From positions 1 through 64,000 of IMG/VR virus record IMGVR_UViG_3300043015_002666: DNA of 64,000 bases; one strand, 5' to 3'. Both the position numbers and the translations under genes were made by a program. Under the pieces are notes generated by a model. The model had not been told where the DNA came from, ran no database searches, and saw only the letters and a list, made by a program, of their open reading frames with translations. Position 1 is the stretch's first letter; every line of letters starts with the position of its first letter. The DNA is from a virus. Shown piece by piece: positions 44,743-54,500 of this stretch.

Positions 44743-45934
44743 TACCTCTTGCCTTGTCGTGTAAGTGAGCTATTACGCCCACAATAAATTCAAAGTGTTC
44801 TGGATCGTTCACGGCCAATCGCCCTCTTGATTCGTTATCAATCAGAGATTCAACCCCCATCGTGATCACTTCTGTAGCCGTGGCACCGTCGATATCAAAC
44901 GGATCGGCATGGTTGTAAAACTTGGTGGCGTAGGGCGTGAATGCGCCGTCATCAATCGTGTATTCACGTTCTGAGTAGTTAATCCCACGCTTAGATCCCC
45001 ACTTATCCTGATAGATATCACGCAGGGAACGGATACCATTAGATTTAGCTAGGCGGTCCTTTAGAAAGCGTTTCGACATTTCGAGCACTTCCGGGTGATC
45101 GTACTCAAGCGAATGGGCCAGCTCATGCCATAGCACACGCTTGGTAAAACTCTCGCCCACACTGATTGAACGCTCACTATTGCGGTAATCTTGGCGCGCT
45201 TTGCGCACCGTAAAGTTGATAGGTTCAGCAGTGAACGCCACCAGCGAATACAGCTCACCGGCTGCGGTAATGAGCTTTTGTTTAGCTCTGCCACCGCCCC
45301 CGGTAAAGTCGCCTTTGCGCTGGCGAGACAAGCGATTGTTTGCCAGCTTATCAAAGCCTGATTGCATCGCTTTCCTTTGGCCGTCCTTAAGACTGACCGG
45401 AGAGTTAAACATTAACTCATTCACTACACCGGATAGCTGGTGGCCCACTTCCTTGTATTTCTCCCGGTGAATATCCCGGACCTCTTCATAAATGCCAAAA
45501 GTGTGGTTATCGTTTGGTTGCGCCTTGTCAGCCCCCACCAGTCGATACACATCGTAAGCTTGCGCATGCTGAGCTATAGCATCGAGCGTGCGTGCTTTCT
45601 TTGGCTTACTCCATCTTTGGGCCTCAATGAGATCCGTGATTCTAGCATTGCCTTTAATGGTTTCGCTTACTTCACTCTTAAGGTTTCGGTCTATCTCAAC
45701 ACCAAAAGAGGCCAGCACATCCCGGCCCTTTTGAGTGACAGCTTTCAGCTCGGTTACTTCGCTATCGGATGGATTCACGCCTTTTCGCCCTGTCAGCTCT
45801 GACAAAATATCAAGACGTTCCTTGGTTAAAGCCATGCGATCAAGAAGAGGCACGTTGGCCCCTTCTCGTTTCAGGTAAACCAATATCTCCACGGCGCGAC
45901 CGGCTTTTTTAACGCGTTCGCTAAGTGGGACCAT
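44714..45934 (-). CDS. zincin-like metallopeptidase domain protein
   Basis: 406 aa with HExxH in LWHELAHSLEY. Confidence 0.65.
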   Translation of the reverse strand: MVPLSERVKKAGRAVEILVYLKREGANVPLLDRMALTKERLDILSELTGRKGVNPSDSEVTELKAVTQKGRDVLASFGVEIDRNLKSEVSETIKGNARITDLIEAQRWSKPKKARTLDAIAQHAQAYDVYRLVGADKAQPNDNHTFGIYEEVRDIHREKYKEVGHQLSGVVNELMFNSPVSLKDGQRKAMQSGFDKLANNRLSRQRKGDFTGGGGRAKQKLITAAGELYSLVAFTAEPINFTVRKARQDYRNSERSISVGESFTKRVLWHELAHSLEYDHPEVLEMSKRFLKDRLAKSNGIRSLRDIYQDKWGSKRGINYSEREYTIDDGAFTPYATKFYNHADPFDIDGATATEVITMGVESLIDNESRGRLAVNDPEHFEFIVGVIAHLHDKARGSDDSTKANQ

Positions 45935-48900
45935 TACACTGTCACCTCCGATTGAAGTTCAACCAAGCGAGCAAACGCGGCTTCTAGTAAGTCGTTATGC
46001 TCGTCTAAGGTACCGGCTGATTCAAAGCTGGCATAAGCAGCCTCAATGTCGGCTTGGTACTGCTCAAGAATCTCAATCGTTGCGTCACCGGAGTAATCAC
46101 GGATAGTGCGTAGCGCATCAGTGTGCACCTGCTCTTCTGAGTTAGTTTCCACTGGTTCAGGCTCCTGTACCGGCTCTGGTTGCGGCTCTGGCTGTTGTTT
46201 TGGTTTATCGTCCGTGTAAGTCTCAATAAACGGTTTCTGACCGCCATTGTGCTCTATACGGATACGCTGAGCGATCTTCATCGCATCATTAATGCTGTAG
46301 CCGTTAACTAGCAACGTGTCGTAGATATCATCTTGACCTTGGTAGTTCATTGAGCCGTCATCATTGAACCACTTAACCGTTGATAAGCCTTTTAGCATGG
46401 CTTTGAACTTCTCGGTTTCAGCGTCCAGCACGTTTTCTACCGGCGGCTCGTTAATACCTTCAATGTAAACACCCGCGTTTACAATCTCTTCCTTACCAAC
46501 CGAGAAAACTTCGTCAGTGGTACCCGCCTCTCTTAACGTGACTCTGGATGCGCCAATATTCACAATCTTGTATTGACCATCGCCCAACGCGATAATGTCA
46601 CCAACCTTGTTGACCTTGTTCGTATTTGTTTCTTCCTCTGGATCGTACCACTGTGCTTCGTGAAGCAATTTAACAAAGTCAGCTTTGCTAATTTCGTTCT
46701 TAAGCATCGCTTCAAAGTTAACGCCTACATGCTTATTCTCGCCTTGGGCCATACCAGCGTTAGAAATCGTTCTGATATCGTAGTCAGACAAATCCAAGTA
46801 GTGAGCAAACAGTTTTTCGCCCTTAGATTTACTGATTGGGTAGCCTTGCTCTACCGCGCTATCAATCATTTCTTTGTACAGGTTGTAAACGCCGTACACG
46901 TAGCCGTTGTACTTAATCTTGTCTTTTGTCTTAGGAACGATATCTTTGAAATCTTTAGTTCCATAAACAAAATTCTCGTCAATGTACTCATCCAGTTTTT
47001 TACTCGTTGCGCCCTTCATGGCTTCGAACTTATCAGGCTCATCGTTAACGCTCATGTAGGCTTTACGGGCCGCATCACTCAATTTCTCTTTTGCATCGTC
47101 GTCCATAAGGTCAAACGCTCGGAGGAGTTCTTGAGGATTTTTCTGACCAACATAGGACCACGACTTACCAAAAAGACCCGGAGTGATAATGTCATATTCG
47201 CGCTGGTTAAAGTCGTACACTTCACCGTTCACTTCAACCACCGGCGCGTTAACGTCGTAACCTTCATTGGCATCTAACCAATACCCAATATCGCTCGCCC
47301 ATTTCTTTTTATGTCTTGCACTGGTGGACGCATTCAGAAGGTCGGCTCTGATTGTATCTGGCACATTGTGAATAAGCGTTTCTGACAGCATTAATTTGCC
47401 ATCTTTAAGTGCTAACGCACCAACCTCAACCGATTTAACTAGCGCACGGATTGCATCAGCAAAACTTGTGCTGTTGTCTTTATGTTGTTTGGTTTCTTCG
47501 CCGCTGTCGTCTAGGCCGGTAATGGCCGGTAAACCTGCCGCCACACGTAGATCGTTAAAACCTTCTTCTTCATCCGTGCCAGCAAAGTGATTAATGGCAC
47601 CCGGATCTTGCAACTCTCCAACGTAAGCCTCTAAAAGAGCGGCCTTAACCTGATCCCAGCCTGATAAACTTTCAGCTCCGGTAATAGGTGAACCTTCGTC
47701 ATAAGTAAGATTAAAAGAGCCATCTTCTTTGTAATGAATATCGTAAGAGCCATAATTACTGCTTGAATCAATCTTGAATAAAGGCGATTCAACGTTAACG
47801 GATAAATACATTTCTTTATCTAGGTTTAGATCTGCTTGATCTAAGCCATGCTTATCAATATTCCAACCTTCAGGCATACGCTTGCCTTTCACTAACGCTC
47901 TTAGCTCTGCAAGGGCTTTCTCGTTCTTAACGCGGACGTCAGAGACAAGAACGTCAATATAACCGGCCTCCTCTTCAATCATGGTTGGTGTCACCAGTGA
48001 TAGGGACGCATTCCAAACCTTAAACGTATCCGGGATGCTTTTACGACGTTCAAACTCATCTTGCTTGCGCAATAGCTTGCTAAACGCTTGCTTAAAGCTA
48101 GATGCAGCTACTTGGAATTTAATGTCTTCCATCTGCTTGGTTGTGATACGATCCGTATTGTTCTCGTCCATCCAGTCATACAGGAATTGACGCACGATAG
48201 TTTCCGCCGAATCTTCGTCGGCCAGTGAAAAATCTTCACCTGACTCTGATAGCGGTCTAAGCTCAAAGTCGCTCACTTGTTTAGGCGTTAACGCTTCTGC
48301 ATACGCGATTGCACCATGGCGAATTGCACGGCCAGCGTTAGGGAACTTAACTTCCGCCTCTTCCGCGTTGAGCACCTTAACAACTTCCGCATCACTTGGC
48401 GTATTCCCCATACCAGCCGGGCGCAATTGCAGGCCGTACCAATGCAGACCGCTTGTGGTTTCTTCTTCCTGTTCGACTACGCCACCAGCTTCGGGTACGT
48501 CGTTGACTTCACCAAGTTTCCAGATTGAATGGCGCTTAGTGAATGCTGGCTTAGTGGCAACTTTGTTGTACTCCGCAATCATGGTTAGCACGTTGTTAAC
48601 TTGCGGCTGGTGGCCTTGACGTTGCAAGGTCTTCAGCTTACCGGCAAGATTGCTCACAAACAGGGAACGGTCAAAACCGGCAAGGTTTGGATCATTGCTA
48701 TCAATGCCAGAGATATTCATAAGAGAAGAAAGCAAGCGAACGTTACCATCTTTGACAACGATATCTGCCGCTGCTTTAAACGCTGGCGAACCGAGCAATT
48801 TACTGTCGGTCGTTTCTGGCTTGTTGTTATCCGGGTTTTCACCGGTACCCGGCACAAACTTATTGGCTAACTGCTTGCGTAGCTCTTCCTGAATGTCGTT

Positions 48901-49641
48901 CTGGTTGGCGATCTGCTTATTGAGCGTATCAATGCGCTTTTGCTTCTTAGCGTTAGCCTCTTCGATGCTATCAAGCTGATCCGACTGAGTATTAATGTTC
49001 GCTTCAATCTCTTCTAGCTGCGCTTGTGTCGCTTCAAGCTCTTGCTTTTGTTGTGCGTTTTGCTCTTGTCTGGCTGCGAATTTCTCCGAGTTCTTTTCAA
49101 CTAAGTTACTCAGCGCAAGGGCCATTTGGGAACGTGAAATATCACGGCCACCTGAAGGCGCGACCGCGTGCGTTACGTCACGACTGTTCACCAAGAATCG
49201 GAACGCGATCAGCGTATCGTCAGCATTGATTTTTAATGGATCATTATCCGGGGCATGAAATACCAGTGACACGCTCTGACCGTCAGAAAGATTCAGCTTT
49301 GCCACTTGAACCGCAACCGAACCGCTTTTACGTGGCTTGCTGATCTCACGCCCTGTTACTTCAATGCCAACCGGCTTAAGGTGTTTGTTTAGCGTATTCG
49401 AAAAACCGATAACGCGAGTCTCTAAACGGGCCGCTTTGGCTTTGATGGCTTCAAGCATCATTACCGGCATAGCGTCAAACTGAGACAAGTACGCTTGCTC
49501 AATGTCGGCCACTTCGACCGACTCAAGCATTAGTTGGTGTTCGTCCGCTTGAAAGATGGCACTTACGGCCTCTTCACTTAACGACTTGGCAAAGTGGTCT
49601 ACGCGGTCCACCACTCGAATTTGATTGGTCTGCAAAAACAT
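45934..49641 (-). CDS. large (1235 aa) putative virion/injected protein
   Basis: Long ORF with a coiled-coil segment. Its N-terminal roughly 200 aa is paralogous to the upstream 205-aa protein. Confidence 0.8.
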   Translation of the reverse strand: MFLQTNQIRVVDRVDHFAKSLSEEAVSAIFQADEHQLMLESVEVADIEQAYLSQFDAMPVMMLEAIKAKAARLETRVIGFSNTLNKHLKPVGIEVTGREISKPRKSGSVAVQVAKLNLSDGQSVSLVFHAPDNDPLKINADDTLIAFRFLVNSRDVTHAVAPSGGRDISRSQMALALSNLVEKNSEKFAARQEQNAQQKQELEATQAQLEEIEANINTQSDQLDSIEEANAKKQKRIDTLNKQIANQNDIQEELRKQLANKFVPGTGENPDNNKPETTDSKLLGSPAFKAAADIVVKDGNVRLLSSLMNISGIDSNDPNLAGFDRSLFVSNLAGKLKTLQRQGHQPQVNNVLTMIAEYNKVATKPAFTKRHSIWKLGEVNDVPEAGGVVEQEEETTSGLHWYGLQLRPAGMGNTPSDAEVVKVLNAEEAEVKFPNAGRAIRHGAIAYAEALTPKQVSDFELRPLSESGEDFSLADEDSAETIVRQFLYDWMDENNTDRITTKQMEDIKFQVAASSFKQAFSKLLRKQDEFERRKSIPDTFKVWNASLSLVTPTMIEEEAGYIDVLVSDVRVKNEKALAELRALVKGKRMPEGWNIDKHGLDQADLNLDKEMYLSVNVESPLFKIDSSSNYGSYDIHYKEDGSFNLTYDEGSPITGAESLSGWDQVKAALLEAYVGELQDPGAINHFAGTDEEEGFNDLRVAAGLPAITGLDDSGEETKQHKDNSTSFADAIRALVKSVEVGALALKDGKLMLSETLIHNVPDTIRADLLNASTSARHKKKWASDIGYWLDANEGYDVNAPVVEVNGEVYDFNQREYDIITPGLFGKSWSYVGQKNPQELLRAFDLMDDDAKEKLSDAARKAYMSVNDEPDKFEAMKGATSKKLDEYIDENFVYGTKDFKDIVPKTKDKIKYNGYVYGVYNLYKEMIDSAVEQGYPISKSKGEKLFAHYLDLSDYDIRTISNAGMAQGENKHVGVNFEAMLKNEISKADFVKLLHEAQWYDPEEETNTNKVNKVGDIIALGDGQYKIVNIGASRVTLREAGTTDEVFSVGKEEIVNAGVYIEGINEPPVENVLDAETEKFKAMLKGLSTVKWFNDDGSMNYQGQDDIYDTLLVNGYSINDAMKIAQRIRIEHNGGQKPFIETYTDDKPKQQPEPQPEPVQEPEPVETNSEEQVHTDALRTIRDYSGDATIEILEQYQADIEAAYASFESAGTLDEHNDLLEAAFARLVELQSEVTV

Positions 49642-50258
49642 TACTGCGCTTCCTCAATTTGTTTTTCTAGATCTTTGGTTTCGGCTTTCTCCGCTGCGAG
49701 CTCTGCCGTTAATCGCTCAATCTCAGAGTCCATAGAGGCGCTTTGAGTGTTTGCAGCTTCCAGTGAGGACGTGATAGCACTCTGATTCTCTTGCAATGCG
49801 GACAGACTTGCTTTGGCTTCGTCTAATCGCTTGCTTACACTGCGCGTTAAGGGCTTGCTGGTTGAAGTGTCTTTTACGGCCTTGTTAGCTTTGCGCGCTT
49901 GCTGCTTATCAAATTTGGCTTGGTTGCGGTTAAGCATGTTTGTCATGTCTTTAGCCAGTTCACGTTCGCTGGTGGCGTCTGGCAATGGCTGCTTAGTCGA
50001 ATTAAGCTGTAGCTGGTAAATGTCGCCTTCAGAGCCGATAAATAGCGTCATGGTCTGGCCGTTCTCAAAAAAGAACTTGGCTTGCTTCACGCGTTGCGAA
50101 TCTTTGCGCTTAGGCTTGTTGTCGGCCTGAATGTCGGTCACTGGCTCACCGGCACGTTTTAACGCGTCCACCAGCGACTTTAAGCCACGTTCGGTCACGT
50201 TATCGTAATCAACGACAACGTAACCGTGATTTTGTCTCGATGCGAATAGTCTACTCAA
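49641..50258 (-). CDS. hypothetical protein, paralogous to the N-terminus of the 1235-aa protein
   Basis: Compare KPKRKDSQRVKQAKFFFENGQTMTLF...KFDKQQ with KPRKSGSVAVQVAKLNLSDGQSVSLVF...KFAARQ. Confidence 0.75.
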   Translation of the reverse strand: MSRLFASRQNHGYVVVDYDNVTERGLKSLVDALKRAGEPVTDIQADNKPKRKDSQRVKQAKFFFENGQTMTLFIGSEGDIYQLQLNSTKQPLPDATSERELAKDMTNMLNRNQAKFDKQQARKANKAVKDTSTSKPLTRSVSKRLDEAKASLSALQENQSAITSSLEAANTQSASMDSEIERLTAELAAEKAETKDLEKQIEEAQ

Positions 50259-50670
50259 TGTAAAAATCCTCTTGGTATTTCGTGACGGTCGGGAATATCT
50301 TGTAAAGCGGATTCAGGCGAGAGCATGAGCGTTCGATCTTGATGTGTAGCTGCCACGCTTGGCCGTGAACCGGCTCCCCGGCCTCTTGCTGTAGCTGCTC
50401 AATATCGAAGGTAAGAAATTCGGAGTTCAGACCATTGACGGAAAAGTCCAAAGAACGGTGATGCGTGATCACGGACGTAGGCCGCTTTTTATTTCTCAAG
50501 GAGTACGTGATTTGGCTACTTGAAAACGCGCGCTTGGCCCGGAAATCAAGTGCAAATCGCAAAGTTTGCTGGTCGTGCATTTCGCTGACGCGCTCGATTT
50601 TCACCGTGTTGCGTTTAAGTAAAAATCGATCAGCGAAGGCTACCCCAATCACTGCCAATTCATAAATCAT
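50251..50670 (-). CDS. hypothetical protein (LydB position)
   Basis: 139-aa ORF with an ATGA overlap to the upstream membrane protein. Confidence 0.6.
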   Translation of the reverse strand: MIYELAVIGVAFADRFLLKRNTVKIERVSEMHDQQTLRFALDFRAKRAFSSSQITYSLRNKKRPTSVITHHRSLDFSVNGLNSEFLTFDIEQLQQEAGEPVHGQAWQLHIKIERSCSRLNPLYKIFPTVTKYQEDFYIE

Positions 50671-50981
50671 TTAGTCTTTCCTCCGAAGTTGAGCGCGCCC
50701 GAAAACCGCTCAATGAAATGTTTTTTCAGTGCAAGTAGTGTGTCTGAACCGTTATTGGACAGGATTAACACCGCCGCACATGTATAGCCTCGATCTATCT
50801 CTTGAGTTTCTCCGATATAGGCCACAATCAACCCCACGATAGCGGCCAAAACCAGCTCCGCTAAGAGGTCAAAGTAACCGTTATATCGTCCTGCGCGTTT
50901 GCCTTGCAGAAAGGAGCCGAAGCCGCTGAAAAACGAGAGAGCTAACACCAACGCTGTAAACCCGATATCAATAACTAACAC
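50667..50981 (-). CDS. small membrane protein, possible holin
   Basis: 104 aa with about 3 hydrophobic helices, first gene of the operon. The position is analogous to P1 lydA at the head of the darA operon. Confidence 0.5.
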   Translation of the reverse strand: MLVIDIGFTALVLALSFFSGFGSFLQGKRAGRYNGYFDLLAELVLAAIVGLIVAYIGETQEIDRGYTCAAVLILSNNGSDTLLALKKHFIERFSGALNFGGKTK

Positions 50982-51013
50982 AGGTCAAACGCTCCCTTTT
51001 AATGGTTATGTAA

Positions 51014-51029
51014 GAATATTATTAGGAAT
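51014..51029 (-). promoter_or_regulatory. copy of the dispersed operator-like motif (ATTCCTAATAATATTC)
   Basis: TTAGGAAT at 51022-51029, upstream of the holin-like operon. Confidence 0.5.
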
Positions 51030-51074
51030 TGACAGGGGATAACAAACTTTAGCGTTACTTATTTTTTAACCAAC

Positions 51075-51125
51075 AAAAAAGGGACTCCGAAGAGCCCCTT
51101 TTGTCACAGTTTGGCATGCCAAACT
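51075..51125 (-). terminator. tandem hairpins ending the tail-fibre operon
   Basis: AGTTTGGCATGCCAAACT (51108-25) is followed by GGGGCTC-TTCG-GAGTCCC plus T6 on the minus strand. Confidence 0.55.
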
Positions 51126-51130
51126 TTTTG

Positions 51131-51574
51131 TTATGGTGTTTGCAACAACGCCGGTTCATCAGGCCAAACAACCGAGTCCGGGAACGTCGATTGCTGCGGC
51201 ACATCGAGCAAGTCTTGGCGGTAGGTTGCTAACTCCTGTTGCTCTTCACTGGTGAACGAGGCCCAGCGAAGCGGATTGGATACGATTACATCTATCTCGA
51301 CAAGCAAGCCGTCACGCTTTGAACGAATTACCATCTCCATTTGCTCTTTAGTCGGACCTGAGTAGTCGGCAATCTCGCCGTAGTCACCTCTTTTCAAACC
51401 TTCCCAAATCACCTTGCCGTGGGTCGTATCGTAGTTTGCGTCCACTGAAAACGGAAGGAGTTCACCCTCCCAAATACTAAGCTCTAGATCACATAGAACG
51501 TGCGTATGCTCTTTATTGATAAATTTAGGGTTCTCTACGCGCAATACATTTGCGCCAATATCTTGCAGTTCCAT
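51131..51574 (-). CDS. tail fibre assembly protein
   Basis: 147 aa. C-terminal YRQDLLDVPQQSTFPDSVVWPDEP is typical of the gpG/U/Tfa chaperone family. It lies directly downstream of the fibre gene. Confidence 0.75.
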   Translation of the reverse strand: MELQDIGANVLRVENPKFINKEHTHVLCDLELSIWEGELLPFSVDANYDTTHGKVIWEGLKRGDYGEIADYSGPTKEQMEMVIRSKRDGLLVEIDVIVSNPLRWASFTSEEQQELATYRQDLLDVPQQSTFPDSVVWPDEPALLQTP

Positions 51575-51583
51575 TTCTTTTCC

Positions 51584-54500
51584 TTACGCTACACGCTGCC
51601 ATAAGGTCATATTGCCATTTGCAATATGACCACGCTGTCTCCACGTCCCCGTCAGCGCAACACCGCCATTTTGGGAATAAACCCCAAAGCTATATGCTGT
51701 GTCCGTTCTGTATGAAATAGTCTCACTAGCTGCCCTTGATCCAGAATACCGAGAGTTAACAGCAACCGTTGTACCTATTGGGAATGATGTATTTGTCGAG
51801 CTGCTTCCGCTATAAACACTATTCCCGGTCGCCGCGACCGCTTTGTCATACGCTGTTTTAACGGCTTTTGCGGTTGCGAAATGAGAAGTTGACGTGCTAC
51901 TTACTGAGCTGGTCACACCGTAGTTCGCAACGTTACTCAGACCGACGTCGGCTTTGCTCGGCTTATTCCCCGGACTGTAAACCCGACCTGAAGAGTCGTT
52001 AACGCTCCCCGACGCTGATACGCTTCCTGTTACAGAAACACCGCCGCTGGTGGTTTCAAATTTCGAACTGCCGTTGTAATACAGTACAGCACCAGCGTTA
52101 TGAGTAGCCAGAAATAGCCATTCATTATCGACATCATTGTAAATACCGGTCTTTGTGCTGCCGTCATGCATAAGCACGGCGCGCCCCTCAATCGAGTAAC
52201 CGCCCCATCCAGATTTACGACCATACGTAGCTACCGTACCATAGTTACCCGTCGCTTCACGCAGGTAGTATGCTGTACCCGCAAAGTAGTGGCGATTTGA
52301 CTTAATCGAGTTAGTGCTACCTTGAATTTCAACGCCTGTACTTGAATAAACCGTGTCGCCCGAATGCCACACAATGTCATACCATGATTCTGAAGTATTT
52401 CCTGAGTTAACGTCTACTGTATCAGCCCATGTCGCAGTTGAAGCGTTGCCGCTTAACGCACCATAGAAAGTAGCCGCCCGAACTACACCATACGAACTGC
52501 CGCCCTGCGCGTAGAATCTAAAATCACCACCTGCACGCATTTGCAGACTTCCTGCATACAGACCTGATTGATGGAACCCAACCGTCGGATATACCGTGTT
52601 TGTTCTGCCATTACCTTTGACCTCAATACCACCGCCGTTGTAGTCGTTGCCTGTACCGTTAGTGATAATTCGTCTTGTGTTAAAGTCTTGGCTGCCACTG
52701 CCAGCTTTATAAGCAAATCGCGAGTTAGACTCTGACTCGGTGAAGTAACGACCATCTAGATGCGTTGAATAGTTGCTCGTATTCAGAACTGTACTGCCAT
52801 TGAATTTCAATGCACTTGCGGTGTTCTGAGAGCCACCCTGAACAGTCAGCGAGTTCAACCCTGCCGCTAGTGTTAGATATTCAGTTGGAGATGCGTTGTC
52901 ATTGTCAGCTTTGATTTTAATGTTACCAATGCTTTCAAATGAAGCATGAGCACCCGCAGCAGTCAGCCAGCTTCTGGCGTCCCCCACATATAATTTCTTA
53001 CCGTCAGATAGCGCCAAGTCGCCATTAATCGCACCGCCAGTTAATTTCAGGTATCTCGTATCGTGAGTATGACTATCATTATTCACGGTTACTGATAAAG
53101 TAGCATTCGCACTACCATCCCAAGATACTGAACCACTTGCATCGCCAGAAAGCGTTAGCGTTCGTGCTGTTGTCCATTTGTCTGCATTCGGGTGATAGTT
53201 GTCTGCAAACAGACGTATTGCTGTTTTATCAGCACCCGCACTCTGACCGCCGAAGAACGCGGCCGTACAATCAAAATCTATACCGATATAACCCCAGTAA
53301 CCATTAGAATTTGGGTGAGCTTGTGTCCACAAATACTTCCACGTATGACCGTATGTCGGTAGACCTGTAATGCTAGAACCTTGCCAGAAGCCAGATTCAC
53401 GACGAAGTGCAGTATTACCCAAAATCGAACTTGGTAAAGAGCGACCGTATGTGCCTAGACCATAACCACTAGGTGCAGCACCAATTTCAGCAAGTGACCA
53501 ACTTACATTCGAAGAGCCATTCACAGGACGAGCAGTATTGCCAATTGTCAGCGTTCGAGCAGTACCCCAGCTAGAGGTTGTAATATTAGCCGTGCCATCG
53601 AACGAGGTTCCGTTGATCGTTCTGGCCGTAGTTAACTTATCCGCATTTGGGTGATATGCATCATGGAACAAGTTTTTCCACGACTGCCACGAACCGCCAG
53701 TATTGCTCCAGCCACGAAACGCCAACATATTGTTGCCGTGACCACCTGCGATCTGCAAACCAGTATCTGAGTTTCTAGCGACAATTAACGAGCCGTAGAA
53801 GTTATTAGAGGGAGCATTTGAACCAGTACCACTTACACCATAGAATCCTGAATCTCTAAAGTTATTGTAATCAGTAACAACACGGCCTTGAACCGGAGCT
53901 GCACCTATCTCAGACAATGACCACGATAAATCGCCGCTACCATCAACTGTCTTGCTAGTATTTCCGATTTTTATAGCTCGACCAGTAGCCCATTTAGAAG
54001 CAGTCGAAGCGTTGCCACTCAATGCACCAGTGAACGTTGATGCTGAAACGTTACCTGTAAACTGAGCTTGACCACGATACATTTTCAGCCATTGTGTAAA
54101 CGCGCCACCTTGCGAAGTAGTATCATAATCACCGAACTGCATGTATTCAGTGCCGTTGTCGTCAGCAGTTGAAAATCTCAAGTAACCTGCATTTGATGCA
54201 CCCAACCATTCGATTGCTGCATCATCATTTGCAGAAACACCGGGGCCAAAACGAAGTTTTGTAATGCCGCCCAAGCTAGTGTGGTTGTGAGAGTTATCCG
54301 CAACGACCGTACTTAGCGTCACGTTCGAGCTACCGTCAATCGACACAGACCCCGTAACATCACCTGATAGACTTAAGATTCTTGCAGTTGTCCATTTATC
54401 TGCATTTGGGTGATATGCATCATGGTACAAGTTTTTCCACGATTGCCACGTACCACCAGTATTGCTCCAGCCACGAAACGCCAACATATTGTTGTTGTGA

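Noticed and set aside
46573-47277. A 234-aa plus-strand ORF, with similar antisense ORFs at 33859-34449, 42430-43407, 35279-35708, 61105-61506 and 26693-27028.
   Set aside because: All lie wholly inside long, well-supported genes on the other strand and have low-complexity or skewed composition. They are shadow ORFs.
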